From: Squalus acanthias
Lineage: Eukaryota
Length of the DNA stretch: 64,000 nucleotides
Direction: 5' to 3'
Assembly: GCA_030390025.1 (NCBI GenBank)
Contig: JASTWF010000036.1
Coordinates: 620,001 to 684,000 of the forward strand
Each line of letters opens with the position of its first letter. Within the stretch, counting starts at the first letter, position 1. The notes beneath the pieces were generated by a model. It was not told the DNA's origin. It did no database searches and saw only the letters and a program-made list of their open reading frames with translations. A program made the translations under genes and the position numbers. Below are positions 48,847-64,000 of this stretch, one piece after another.

Positions 48847-48959
48847 GGGCAGCATGTGACTGGATCGATTGTGAAAGAGAAACTCTGTTGGGAGAGAACC
48901 GGGACAACAGATTCAATGTGGTTCGTGCACATCAAGCCAGCATTGCACAGTGTTGACAG

Positions 48960-49455
48960 GACAGGAACAGGCCATTGGGCCCAACTGGTCCGTGCCGGTG
49001 TTTACGCTCCACACCAGCCTCCGGCCACCCCTCTTCATCTCACCCCGTCAACGTATCGGTCCATTGCTTTCTCCCTCGTGTGTTTATCCAGCTTCCTCCT
49101 AAAATGCATCTGTGCTGAGAGGATGTTTCCCCCTGGTAGGAGAGTCTAGAACCAGGCGGTCACAGTCTCAGGATAAGTGGTCGGCCATTTAGGACTGAGA
49201 TGAGGAGGAATTTCTTCACTCAGAGGGTGGTGAATCTTGGAATTCTCTGCCCCAGAGGGCTGTGGAGGCTCAGTCGTTGAGTATATTCAAGGCTGAGATC
49301 GATAGATTTTTGGACTCTAGGGGAATCGAGGGATATGGAGATCGGGCGGGAAAGTGAAGTTGAGGTCGAAGATCAGCCCTGATCTGATTGAATGGCGGAG
49401 CAGGCTCGAGGGGCCGAATGGCCGACTCCTGCTCCTATTTCTTATGTTCTTATGC
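48960..49455. mobile_element. Two CR1-type LINE 3' ends, back to back
   Basis: (CTTATGTT) tail at 49441-49455 and the usual 3' UTR. Confidence 0.8.
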
Positions 49456-49544
49456 TCTCAACACCAACTGCAGTGTTCAACTGAAGAAGGATGAGGTGAA
49501 GGGGGAGATTTAATAGAGGTGTTCAAAATCATGAAGGGTTTTCA

Positions 49545-49965
49545 CACTCTTGCACACACTCTCTCGCGCTCACACACGCTCACTCACTCGCACGCTCTCA
49601 CTCGCACGCTCTCACACGCTTTCACTTGCACGCGCTCTCACGTTCACTCACACGCTCTCACTCGCACGCTTTCACTTGCACGCGCTCTCACGTTCACTCG
49701 CACGCTCTCACTTGCACGCTCTCGCACGCTTTCACTCGCACACGCTATCGCACGCTTTCACTCGCACACGCTATCGCACACTTTCACTCGCGCACTCACT
49801 CGCACGCTCTCACACGCTTTCACTCGCACACTCACTCGCACGCGCTCTCACACTTGCTCACACGCTCTCGCGCGTTTTCACTCGCATGCTCTCGCACGCG
49901 CTCTCACACTTGCTGTCACGCTCTTGCACACTCGCACACTCACTCACTCACTCGTTCTCGTGCGC
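49545..49965. repeat. CACGCT/CACTCG-rich simple repeat
   Basis: Direct reading. Confidence 0.9.
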
Positions 49966-50294
49966 TCTCAGACAGCAACCCTCAAGGAAACCCACAAAAG
50001 AACAAAGAATGTGTTTTCTGCTGTGACCACCGACAACTATTGGGTTGAAATTTGCGGAAATGCATCTTGATAAAAACAAATCCACACAGAACAACAAGTC
50101 ACTTTTACAGAGCACGTGCCCCTTAGTGCCTCACAGGGGAGATTGTATAATAAATATTTCAACATTAAAGCTTTCAAAAGATGATCTGTTTTCCTAACAA
50201 TTATCCCCAGGTGTACATGATAAGATTCATTCAGTGGGCGTGGAATAGCTCAACTTTATAGTCAATGAATTCCTTTCGTTTTAAGGAACGAACT

Positions 50295-51613
50295 CGCATT
50301 TCTCCAGCACCTTTCACCACCTCAGGACGTCCCAACGCCCTTCACAGCCAATGAAGTACTGTTTTTGAAGTGTGGTCACTGTTGTAATGTACAGCAAGCT
50401 CCCACACACAGCAATGTGATAAATGACCAGATCAGTTTTTTACTGATGTTGGTTGAGGGATAAATATTGGCCCCAGGACACTGGGGAGAACTCCCCCCCG
50501 CTGCTATTCTTCGAAATAGCGGCCGTGGGATCATTTACGTCCACCAGAGAGGGCAGACGGGGCCTCGGTTTAACGTCTCATCCGAAAGACGGTACCTCAA
50601 CACCGCCCCTCCAACAGTGCGGTGCTCCCTCAGTACTGCCCCTCCGACAGTGCGGCACTCCCTCAGTACTGCCCCTCCGACAGTGCGGCGCTCCTTCAGT
50701 GCTGCCCCTCCGACAGTGCGGCGCTCCCTCAGTGTTGCCCCTCTCACAGTGCGGCGCTCCCTCAGTACTGCCCCTCCGACAGTGCGGCGCTCCCTCAGTA
50801 CTGCCCCTCTGACAGTGCGGCGCTCCCTCAGTACTGCCCCTCTGACAGTGCGGCGCTCCCTCAGTACCGCCCCTCCGACAGTGCGGCGCTCCCTCAGTAC
50901 TGACCCTCCGACAGTGCGGCGCTCCCTCAGCACTACCCCTCCGACAGTGCGGCGCTCCCTCAGTACTGCCCCTCCGACAGTGCAGCACTCCCTCAGCACT
51001 ACCCCTCCGACAGTGCGGCGCTCCCTCAGTACTGCCCCTCCGACAGTGCAGCACTCCCTCAGTACTGCCCCTCCGACAGTGCAGCACTCCCTCAGTACTG
51101 CCCCTCCGACAGTGCGGCGCTCCCTCAGTACTGCCCCTCCGACAGTGCGGCCCTCCCTCAGTACCGCCCCTCCGACAGTGCGGCGCTCCCTCAGTACCGC
51201 CCCTCCGACAGTGCGGCACTCCCTCTGTACCGCCCCTCCAACAGTGTGGTGCTCCCTCAGTACTGCCCCTCCGACAGTGCGGCGCTCCCTCAGTACTGCC
51301 CCTCCGACAGTGCGGCGCTCCCTCTGTACTGCCCCTCCGACAGTGCGGCGCTCCCTCAGTACTGCCCCTCCGACAGTGCGGCGCTCCCTCAGTACTGCCT
51401 CTCCGACAGTGCGGCGCTCCCTCAGTACCGCCCCTCCGACAGTGCGGCGCTCCCTCAGTACCGTCCCTCCGACAGTGCGGCGCTCCCTCAGTACTGGCGC
51501 CGGGAGTGTCAGCCTGGTTTATGGGCTCGAGTTTCTGGAGCGGGGGCTCGAACCCACAATCTTCTGATTCAGAGGCGAGAGAGAGAGAGTGCTACCCACT
51601 GAACCACGGCTGA
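50295..51613 (-). mobile_element. Full-length Deu-SINE with about 27 units (50602-51496)
   Basis: Head with GGTTCGAGCC, array, Deu domain and tail. Confidence 0.88.
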
Positions 51614-52049
51614 CAGACACATTCGCAAACCCTTTCATCATTTTGAATGCGTCGATAGTGACAGGCGTATCCTACATCCGCAATAAGAGACGGTTGTAGA
51701 ACTTAAACAGCTGAACTGCCTTGAAAGGGTTAAGTCCGTTCGGCCACTGTACATTGCAATCTCGGGGCCTCAGGTGTGCGGGATGAGTGCTGGCCCAGCC
51801 TGACCCGCCCCGTACCTGCCTGGTCCAGGTACTGCCCTGCTGCATCACCGATACCTGTCAGACTCCCTCGCGCCTTGCTCACCCTCCCCTCCCCCTCTCG
51901 AGACTGCCAAAGTGATCTCCAGGTGGGTTACAGTCAGGTAGGGATCTCGGGGGCGAGCAACAGGGGAGAGAGAGTGAAGAAAGGAAGATGGCCAGAGAGA
52001 GAAAGAGATAAAGAGAGACAGAACGAAAGAAAGAAAGACTTAAATTTAT

Positions 52050-52752
52050 CGCCTCATCCGAAAGACGGCACTTCCTACAGTGCGGCGCTCCCGCAGTACC
52101 GCCCCTCCGACAGTGCGGAGTCCCTCAGTACCGCCCCTCCGACAGTGCGGTGCTCCCTCAGCACCGCCCCTCCGACAGTGCGGCGCTCCCTCAGTACCGC
52201 CCCTCCGACAGTGCAGGTGCTCCCTCAGTACTGCCCCTCCGACAGTGCAGCGCTCTCTCAGTACTGCCCCTCCGACAGTGCGGCGCTCCCTCAGTACTGC
52301 CCCTCCGACAGTGCGGCGCTCCCTCAGTACCGCCCCTCCGACAGTGCGGTGCTCCCTCAGCACCGCCCCTCCGACAGTGCAGCGCTCCCTCAGTACTGCC
52401 CCTCCGACAGTGCAGCGCTCCCTCAGTACTGCCCCTCCGACAGTGCGGCGCTCCCTCAGTACTGCCCCTCCGACAGTGCAGCGCACCCTCAGTACTGCCC
52501 CTCCGACAGTGCGGCGCTCCCTCAGTACTGCCCCTCCGACAGTGCGGCGCTCCCTCATTACCGCCCCTCCGACAGTGCGGCGCTCCCTCAGTACTGCCCC
52601 TCCGACAGTGCGGCTCTCCCACAGTACTGGCGCCGGGGAGTGTCGGCCTGGCTTATGGGGCTCGAGTCTCTGGAGCGGGGGCTCGAACCCACGACTTGCT
52701 GACTCGGAGGCGAGAGAGAGAGAGAGTGCTACCCACTGAGCCACGGCCGACA
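52050..52752 (-). mobile_element. Deu-SINE head plus about 17 units (52075-52628), 3' truncated
   Basis: A-box TGGCTCAGTGGG, B-box GGTTCGAGCC and array. Confidence 0.86.
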
Positions 52753-52982
52753 CCTCCAGTGAGCTGAGAGGGATGAGGTGAGCTAACATCAGACATTTCA
52801 TGTGAATGACATTAGCGAGAGAACCAACACGTTGCATAGGAAACCCTGACATACAGTCATCTTTTGGCATCTCCCCAAAGGGGGACTTCTACTGGTGGGT
52901 GGAAAGGAAAATTAGAAGTTGTGGGCAGGTCACTACAAGTTCATATCTCCTCTGTGAGCCATCAAGGTCGTCACCCCCGGTG

Positions 52983-53862
52983 TCAGTACTGAGGGAGCGC
53001 CGCACTGTCGGAGGGACAGTACTGAGAGAGCGCCGCATCGTCGGAGGGACAGTACTGAGGGAGCGCCGCATCGTCGGAGGGACAGTACTGAGGGAGTGCC
53101 GCACTGTCGGAAGGGCGGTACTGAGGGAGCGCCGCACTGTCGGAGGGACAGTACTGAGAGAGCGCCGCATCGTCGGAGGGACAGTACTGAGGGAGTGCCG
53201 CACTGTCGGAAGGGCGGTACTGAGGGAGCGCCGCACTGTCGGAGGGACAGTACTGAGAGAGCGCCGCACTGTCGGAGGGGCGGTACTGAGGGAGCGCCAC
53301 ACTGTCGGAGGGACAGTACTGAGGGAGCGCCGCACTGTCGGAGGGGCAGTACTGAGGGAGCGTCGCACTGTCGGAGGGGCAGTACTGAGGGAGCGCCGCA
53401 CTGTCGGAGGGGCGGTACTGAGGGAGCGCCGCACTGTCGGAGGGGCAGTACTGAGGGAGCGCCGCACTGTCGGAGGGGCGGTACTGAGGGAGCGCCGCAC
53501 TGTCGGTGGGGCGGTACTGAGGGAGCGCCGCACTGTCGGAGGGGCCGTCTTTTGGATGAGACACTAAACCGAGGCCCCGTCTGCCCTCTCAGGTGGACGT
53601 AAGCGATCCGATGGACAGAAGAAGAGCAGGGGGGAGTTCTCCCCGGTGTCCTGGGGCCAATATTTATCCCTCAACCAACATCACTAAAACAGATGATCTG
53701 GTCATTTATCACAGTGCTGTTTGTGGGAGCTTGCTGTGTGCAAATTGGCTGCTGCGTTTCCCACATTACAACAGTGACCACACTTCAAAAAAAAGTACTT
53801 CACTGGCTGTGAAGCGCTTTGGGACGTCCTGAGGTGGTGAAAGGCGCTGGAGAATGCGAGTT
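52983..53862 (+). mobile_element. Headless Deu-SINE with about 17 units (52983-53543)
   Basis: Array, Deu domain and tail. Confidence 0.87.
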
Positions 53863-54389
53863 CGTGCTTTGACAAGAGTGTGATCGAAGTGAGTTGTGAG
53901 GTTTAATGAAGTCGAAGGCCAGAAGCCAAAAATGTCACCCCAGCACGTGTGAGGATTGCCGTGCGAATTTATTTTGAGCGGCGTTGCACTTACTGGAAAT
54001 GAGGGTGACTCGCTGAGGCCCACCCGTCCCTTGAATTAATATTTACTCACCGCACTTCCTGTAAACAGAGCATGCAAATCTCTTTCAGTGTCAGCTTCCC
54101 TCTCTCGGCGAATTGAATCATCACTCAGAGGGACTGAGCGGTGCGATGCCAGGCTGGGCTACATTGGCAGCCTCTGCTGCCTGAGCCAAATCCACTTCAA
54201 AGAGCTCGGCCCAGCTCTGGGCCCCAAGCCCCAAGACTAGGCCCCAAGCCTAAGCCCAGGCCCAGCTCTGGACCCCAAGCCTTAGCCCAGGCCCCAAGAC
54301 TAGGCCCCAAGCCCAGGCCCAGGCCCCAAGTCGAGGCCCATGAGCAGAAAAATGAAAAAAATAGAGAGACAGAGAGAGTGTGTGAGAAA

Positions 54390-54765
54390 GTGTTGAAGCA
54401 TACAAAATTATTACAGGGCTTGATGGGGTGGATGCTGGGAGAATGTTTCCCCTGGCTGGGGAGTCTAGAACCAGGGACCACAGCCTCAGGATAAGGGGTC
54501 GGCCATTCAGGACTGAGATGAGAAGAAATTTCTTCACACAGAGGGTGGTGAATCGTTGGAATTCTCTACCCCAGAGGGCTGTGGAGGCTCAGTCATTGGG
54601 TACATTCAAAACAGAAGTTGATAGATTTCTGACTAGTAAGGGCATCAAGGGATATGGCGATAGGGCCGGTGAATGGAGTTGAGGCAGAAGATCAGCCATT
54701 GAATGGTGGAGCAGGCTCGAAGGGCCGAATGGCCTACTCCTGCTCCTATTTCTTATGTTCTTATG
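54390..54765 (+). mobile_element. CR1-type LINE 3' end
   Basis: [30 protein letters not shown] tail. Confidence 0.85.
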
Positions 54766-54944
54766 TAAGTGTGAGAGACGGAGAGAGTGTGAGTGTGAGT
54801 GTGAGAGAGAGAGAGAGAGAGTGAGAGAGAGTGAGAGTGTGTGTGAGAGTGTGTGAGAGAGAGAGAGAGTGTGTGAGAGAGAGACGGAGTTAGTGAAATC
54901 CCAATTCTTTTCCGATCGGAAGGCTGTAAGTTCACAATAACTCA

Positions 54945-56668
54945 AATTTCTCCGGCCCCTTTCACCACCTCAGGACGTCCCAAAGCTCTTCACAGTCAAT
55001 GAAGTAGTTTTTTTTGAAGAGTGGTCACTGTTGTAATGTAGGAAACGCAGCAGCCAATTTGCGCACAGCAAGCTCCCGCAAACAGCAATGTGATAATGAC
55101 CAGATAACCTGTTTTTAGTGATGTTGGTTGAGGGATACATATTGGCCCCAGGACATAGAAACATAAAACATAGAATCTAGGAGCAGGAGTAGGCCATTCG
55201 GCCCGTCGAGCCTGCTCCGCCATTCAATACGATCATGGCTGATCATCCAAATCCAGTACCCTGTCCCTGCTTTAATCCCCACAGTACACATATCCCACCC
55301 TACCCCCGTAACCCCACGTATTTAATTCCCCCTAACATATCCTATCCTATCCCCATAACCCCACATATTTAATCCCCCTAACACTAAGGGTCAATTTATC
55401 ATAGCCAAATCAACCTAACCCACACATTTTTGGACTGTGGGAGGAAACCGGAGCACCCGGAGGAAACCCACGCAGACACGGGGAGAATGTGCAAACTCCA
55501 CACAGACAGTCACCCGAGGTCAGATTCGAACCCGGAGAACTCCCCCCTGCTCTTCTTCGAAATAGTGCCATGGGATCTTTTACATTCACCTGAGAGGGCA
55601 GACGGGGCCTCGGTTTAACGTCTCACCCGAAAGACGACACCTCCGACAGTGCGGCGCTCCCTCAGTACTGCCCCTCCAACAGTGCGGCGCTCCCTCAGTA
55701 CTGCCCCTCCGACAGTGCGGCGCTCCCTCAGTACTGCCCCTCCGACAGTGCGGCGCTCCCTCAGTACTGCCCCTCCGACAGTGCGGCGCTCCCTCAGTAC
55801 TGCCCCTCCGACAGTGCGGCGCTCCCTCAGTACTGCCCCTCCGACAGTGCGGCGCTCCCTCAGTACTGCCCCTCCGACACTGCGGCGCTGCCTCAGTACT
55901 GCCCCTCCGACAGTGCGGCGCTCCCTCAGCACTGCCCCTCCGACAGTACGGCGCTCCCTCAGTACTGCCCTTCCGACAGTGCGGCGCTCCCTCAGTACTG
56001 CCCCTCCGACAGTGCGGCGCTCCCTCAGTACTGCCCTTCCGACAGTGCGGCGCTCCCTCAGTACTGCCCCTCCGACAGTGCGGCGCTCCCTCAGTACTGC
56101 CCCTCTGACAGTGCGGCGCTCCCACAGTACTGCCCCTCCGACAGTGCGGCGCTCCCTCAGTACTGCCCCTCCGACAGTGCGGCGCTCCCTCAGTACCGCC
56201 CCTCCGACAGCGCGGCGCTCCCACAGTACTGCCCCTCCGACAGTGCGGCGCTCCCTCAGTACTGCCCCTCCGACAGTGCAGCGCTCCCTCAGTACCGCCC
56301 CTCCGACAGCGCGGCGCTCCCTCAGTACTGCCCCTCCGACAGTGCGGCGCTCCCTCAGCACTGCCCCTCCGACAGTGCGGCGCTCCCTCAGTACCGCCCC
56401 TCCGACGGTGCGGCGCTCCCTCAGTACTGCCCCTCCGACAATGAGGCACTCCCTCGGTACTGCCCCTCCGACAGTGCAGCACTCCCTCAGTACCATCCCT
56501 CCGACAGTGCAGCGCTCCCTCAGTACTGCCCCTCCGACAGTGCGGCGCTCCCTCAGTACAGCCCCTCCGACAGTGCGGCGCTCCCTCAGTACAGCCCCTC
56601 CGACAGTGCGGCGCTCCCTCAGTACTGCCCCTCCGACAGTGCGGCGCTCCCTCAGTACTGCCCCTCCT
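54945..56668 (-). mobile_element. Deu-SINE with about 31 units (55640-56667), interrupted by a HE1-like SINE
   Basis: Tail 54945-55155; Deu domain resumes at about 55535. Confidence 0.86.
55156..55535 (-). mobile_element. HE1-like V-SINE with a CR1-type 3' tail, 5' truncated at the B-box
   Basis: Minus strand: gggttcgaatc...tgtgtggagtttgcacattctccccgtgtctgcgtgggtttcctccgggtgctccggtttcctcccacagtccaaa (V-domain), then a CR1-like tail ending in TTCTATGT-like repeats. Confidence 0.8.
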
Positions 56669-57241
56669 CAAGAGGCCAGAATTGGAGGAGCGCGGCAATC
56701 TCGGAGGGGGTGTGAGGTGTCCGTGGAGGGACTTGAACAGCAGGATAGAGAATTTTAAAATCGTGGGTTTGCTGGACTGTGATCCGTTGATTACGATCTG
56801 GGTCCCCTCTCATGGGTATTGCCCACAGCATGTTAAATTCTGCCTGGTGTGCCTCAGAGCCCTCATGACTCAGGCACGCGCGTTGTGGCGCCTTCCAGCT
56901 CGTCCAACACGCCTTCCCTCCAGGCAGCAATGGCCTGCTGGCCCTCGATCCCAGCCCCATCCCAGTCCGCAACACACAAAGGCTGCCTTCTGCTCCCTCA
57001 CACATCACCCATTGTCGTCGCGGCAATTAAATCAGCGTTCACTCGTCAGAGGCACTGGGAGCTGGTCTCTCTCCCGCTGATGCCAGTGTGCTCTCCTCCT
57101 CCTCAGTGGCAACATCCCAAAAGGTTTGTCGGCCAGATGCTCAGAGGAGCCCGAGAGAGATCCCGATGAGCTCCCTGAGTCTCTGCCTCCGAGCGTTAGG
57201 TTTCAACCTGAACCATCAGCTGTGGCCCTGTGGGTAGCACA

Positions 57242-60470
<3,229 letters not shown>

Positions 60471-60770
60471 CCCTTCGTGTCTCTCCGGCCTCAACATTCA
60501 CCGACTGTGATGCCCCCCCGCGTTCCGGTGACACCGAAGGTGCGGACAGGACAGGGCGGGGCGGGGCTGACAATCGGCGCGGGTCGGCCGGCGCCAGGAA
60601 GGAGTCACGAGCGGACGATGGGCCGGATCCCACTCCGCCAGCGACTCTGGGACGCCTCGCAATAACAACATTCTGGGGTGATTTAAGAATAGAAGCTTTC
60701 GACAGAGGGAAGGAGGGAGGGAGGGGCTGCGGGGTTTTTGAAGTGTGTCCCGAAGGGAAATTGTGGAGAC

Positions 60771-60804
<34 letters not shown>

Positions 60805-61049
60805 AAGAGGAGAAAATTCAAAACAGCAGTTGCGTTGAGCGGAACGGGACCTTTGATGTGGTTCCTGTGTTCTTGCAACACAGAGAACGTACGATGAAGG
60901 CTTTCCTGTATCTGTGGAGTTGACTGAAGTCCCGTCTGGTAAAAAAGCTCTTGTCCCTTATTATAAGGACGGAACAACCACTCCTGCCTAAGCATCATTC
61001 ATCCCTGGGGGCTGGGATTGAGAAGAGGGGAAACTCTCCCTTCTCTCCT

Positions 61050-62222
61050 CTCAGTGAGCAGCGCTCTCTCTCTCTCTCTCCCTCTCTCTCTCAGAAGGTT
61101 GAAGGTTCGATACCCCCACTCCAGAGACTCGAGCCCCGTAATCCAGGCCGACGCTCCCCGGCACCAGTACTGAGAGCGCGCCGCATTGTCGGAGGGGCGG
61201 TACTGAGGGAGCGCCGCACTGTCGGAGGGGCGGTACTGAGGGAGCGCCGCACTGTCGGAGGGGCGGTACTGAGGGAGCGCCGCATTGTCGGAGGGGCGGT
61301 ACTGAGGGAGCGCCGCACTGTCGGAGGGGCGGTACTGAGGGAGCGCCGCACTGTCGGAGGGGCGGTACTGAGGGAGCGCCGCACTGTCGGAGGGGCAGTA
61401 CTGAGGGAGCGCCGCACTGTCGGAGGGGCGGTACTGAGGGAGCGCCGCACTGTCGGAGGGGCGGTACTGAGGGAGCGCCGCACTGTCGGAGAGGCGGTAC
61501 TGAGTGAGCGCCGCACTGTCGGAGGGGCGGTACTGAGGGAGCGCCGCACTGTCGGAGGGGTGGTACTGAGTGAGCGCCGCACTGTCGGAGGGGCGGTACT
61601 GAGGGAGCGCCGCACTGTCGGAGGGGCGGTACTGAGGGAGCGCCGCACTGTCGGAGGGGCGGTACTGAGGGAGCGCCGCACTGTCGGAGGGGCGGTACTG
61701 AGGCAGCGCCGCACTGTCGGAGGGGCAATACTGAGGGAGCGCCGCACTGTCGGAGGGGCGGTACTGAGGGAGCGCCGCACTGTCGGAGGGGCGGTACTGA
61801 GGGAGCGCCGCACTGTCGGAGGGGCGGTACTGAGGCAGCGCCGCACTGTCGGAGGGGCAATACTGAGGGAGTGCTGCACTGTCAGAGATGCACTGTCATC
61901 TTTTGGATGAGACGTTAAACCGAGGCGCCGTCTGCTCTCTCAGGTGGACGTAAAAGATCCCACGGCCACTATTTCGAAGAAGAACAGGGGGGCAGTTCTC
62001 CACGGTGTCCTGGGGCCAATATTTATCCCTCAACCAACATCACTAAAAACAGATGATCTGGTCATTTATCGCATTGCTGTTTCTGGGAGCTTGCTGTGCG
62101 TAAATTGGCTGCCGTGTTTCCTACATTACAACAGTGACCACACTTCAAAAAAAGTACTTCATTGGCTGTAAAGTGCTTTGGGACGTCCTGAGGTGGTGAA
62201 AGAGGCGGGAGAAATGCGAGTC
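61050..62222 (+). mobile_element. Full-length Deu-SINE with about 22 units (61165-61885)
   Basis: Head with GGTTCGATAC, array, Deu domain and tail. Confidence 0.88.
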
Positions 62223-62489
62223 TTTTTCTCTCTCTCTCTCTATGGGATGTGAAGACCTTGAGAGAAATGAGTTGGGGCAGTTTCAAATGAGTTCCTTCTG
62301 GGCATCAGCCAACACATCAAACACTGCCTCCAGCTCCTCAGAACTCATCGTGAAAGTGAGACCTCAATCGCAAATCTGGTGTGCGAAACAGAAGTGTTTT
62401 AGTGCTGAGCTTTCTAATCGAAATTGAGGCATATACATAGCGCCAGAGAGTGTTGTCCTCATGTTGAAGGAATCATTAGCGGCAATTTG

Positions 62490-63485
62490 GGACAGTGTAG
62501 AGGGAGCTTTACTCTGTATCTAACCCCGTGCTGTACCTGCCCTGGGAGTGTTTGATGGGACAGTGCAGAGGGACCTTTACTCTGTATCTAACCCGTGCTG
62601 TACCTGCCCTGGGAGTGTTTGATGGGACAGTGTAGAGGGACCTTTACTCTGTATCTAACCCCGTGCTGTACCTGCCCTGGGAGTGTTTGATGGGACAGTG
62701 TAGAGGGAGCTTTACTCTGTATCTAACCCGTGCTGTACCTGCCCTGGGACTGTTTGATGGGGACAGTGTAGAGGGAGCTTTACTCTGTATCTAACCTGTG
62801 CTGTACCTGCCCTGGGACTGTTTGATGGGGACAGTGTAGAGGGAGCTTTACTCTGTATCTAACCCGTGCTGTACCTGCCCTGGGAGTGTTTGATGGGGAC
62901 AGTGTAGAGGGAGCTTTACTCTGTATCTAACCCCGTGCTGTACCTGCCCTGGGAGTGTTTGATGGGACAGTGTAGAGGGAGCTTTACTCTGTATCTAACC
63001 CCGTGCTGTACCTGCCCTGGGAGTGTTTGATGGGACAGTGTAGAGGGAGCTTTACTCTGTATCTAACCCCGTGCTGTACCTGCCCTGGGAGTGTTTGATG
63101 GGACAGTGTGGAGGGAGCTTTACTCTGTATCTAACCATGTGCTGTACCTGCCCTGGGAGTGTTTGATGGGACAGTGTAGTTGTCTGCAATTATAAGGTAC
63201 ACATACATTGTTCTCTATCTATATATGCTTTGGCGATTCTGTATCTTTTTACTTCACCCGACGAAGGAGTAGTAAGCTCCGAAAGCTTGTGATTTCAAAT
63301 AAAACTGTTGGACTATAACCTGGTGTTGTAAGACCTCTCAGTGTTTGATGGGACAGTGTAGAGGGAGCTTTACTCTGTATCTAACCCCGTGCTGTACCTG
63401 CCCTGGGAGTGTTTGATGGGGACAGTGTAGAGGGAGCTTTACTCTGTATCTAACCCCGTGCTGTACCTGCCCTGGGAGTGTTTGA
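62490..63485. repeat. 67-69-bp minisatellite, about 10 units plus 2 more after an insertion
   Basis: Unit gggacagtgtagagggagctttactctgtatctaaccccgtgctgtacctgccctgggagtgtttgat. Confidence 0.95.
63180..63335 (+). mobile_element. Penelope-like element terminal fragment containing a minimal hammerhead-like motif (63254-63292)
   Basis: tcac-CCGACGA-A-ggag-loop-ctcc-GAAA-gctt-gtga, followed by AATAAA and ctgttggactataacctggtgttgt. Confidence 0.62.
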
Positions 63486-63519
63486 CTGTTCAGTGTAGAT
63501 TGAACTGTTTGTGTTCCAG

Positions 63520-63950
63520 ATTGTAACAGCTCACTGCGTATATAAAAATTCTTCTCATCTCCCCCTCTGGTTCTTTTGCCGATTACCTTCAATCTGTGTC
63601 CTCTGGTTACCGACCCTCCTGCCACTGGAAACAGTTTCTCCCTCGCTGCTCTATCAAAACCCCTCGTAATTTTGAACACCTCTATTAAATCTTCCCCCTT
63701 AACCTTCTCTGCTCTAAGGAGAACAACCCCAGCTTCTCCAGTCTCTCCACCTCACTGAAGTCCCTCATCCCCTGGTACCATTCTGGTCAATCTCCTCCGC
63801 ACCCTCTCCAAGGCCCTAGACATCCTTCCTAAAGTGCGGTGCCAAGAATTGGACACAATACTCCAGCTGAGGCCTAACCAGTGATTTATAAAGGGTTTAA
63901 CATAACTTCCTCGCTGTTGTCCTCTCTGCCTCCATTTATAAAGCCCAGGA
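63520..63950 (-). mobile_element. CR1-type LINE fragment
   Basis: FKITRGFDR...[20 protein letters not shown]. Confidence 0.85.
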
Positions 63951-64000
63951 TTGACTTATCGACTTAGAGGCTGATGTGATGCTGGCCTTTATATCTAGAG

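Noticed and set aside
54200..54340. Telomere-like CCCAAG/CCCAGG/CCTAAG repeats
   Set aside because: Short and irregular with no TTAGGG run; treated as a local low-complexity duplication.

Overview
This is eukaryotic, repeat-dense vertebrate DNA; the SINE/LINE families point to a cartilaginous fish (shark). It is not prokaryotic and contains no CRISPR array. The only gene I can support is on the minus strand at 1194-20563: seven spliced exons in continuous phase, with canonical AG/GT ends, encoding the end of a PH domain, a linker and the first half of a RhoGAP domain. The DRENPL linker and a 54-nt exon ([18 protein letters not shown], not seen in frame by the ORF track) identify it as ARHGAP9 rather than ARHGAP12/15/27. 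After a 562-nt assembly gap (20616-21177) I found no further recognisable coding exon. About 16 copies of a tRNA-derived Deu-domain SINE (SacSINE1/AmnSINE1-like) dominate the window. All 15 copies whose interior is sequenced carry an internal 33-bp minisatellite of about 14-45 units, roughly 11 kb in total. CR1 and L2 LINE fragments have seeded their own 38-, 45- and 100-bp tandem arrays. Also present are three GGGC-terminated MITEs, a HE1/V-SINE nested in a Deu-SINE, a Penelope-type fragment with a minimal hammerhead motif, multi-kb CA/GA/CT microsatellites and a PU.1/C-EBP/RUNX motif cluster. Almost all long ORFs in the track are repeat artefacts. Repeat boundaries are approximate, and repeat family names come from recalled consensus similarity, not a database search.
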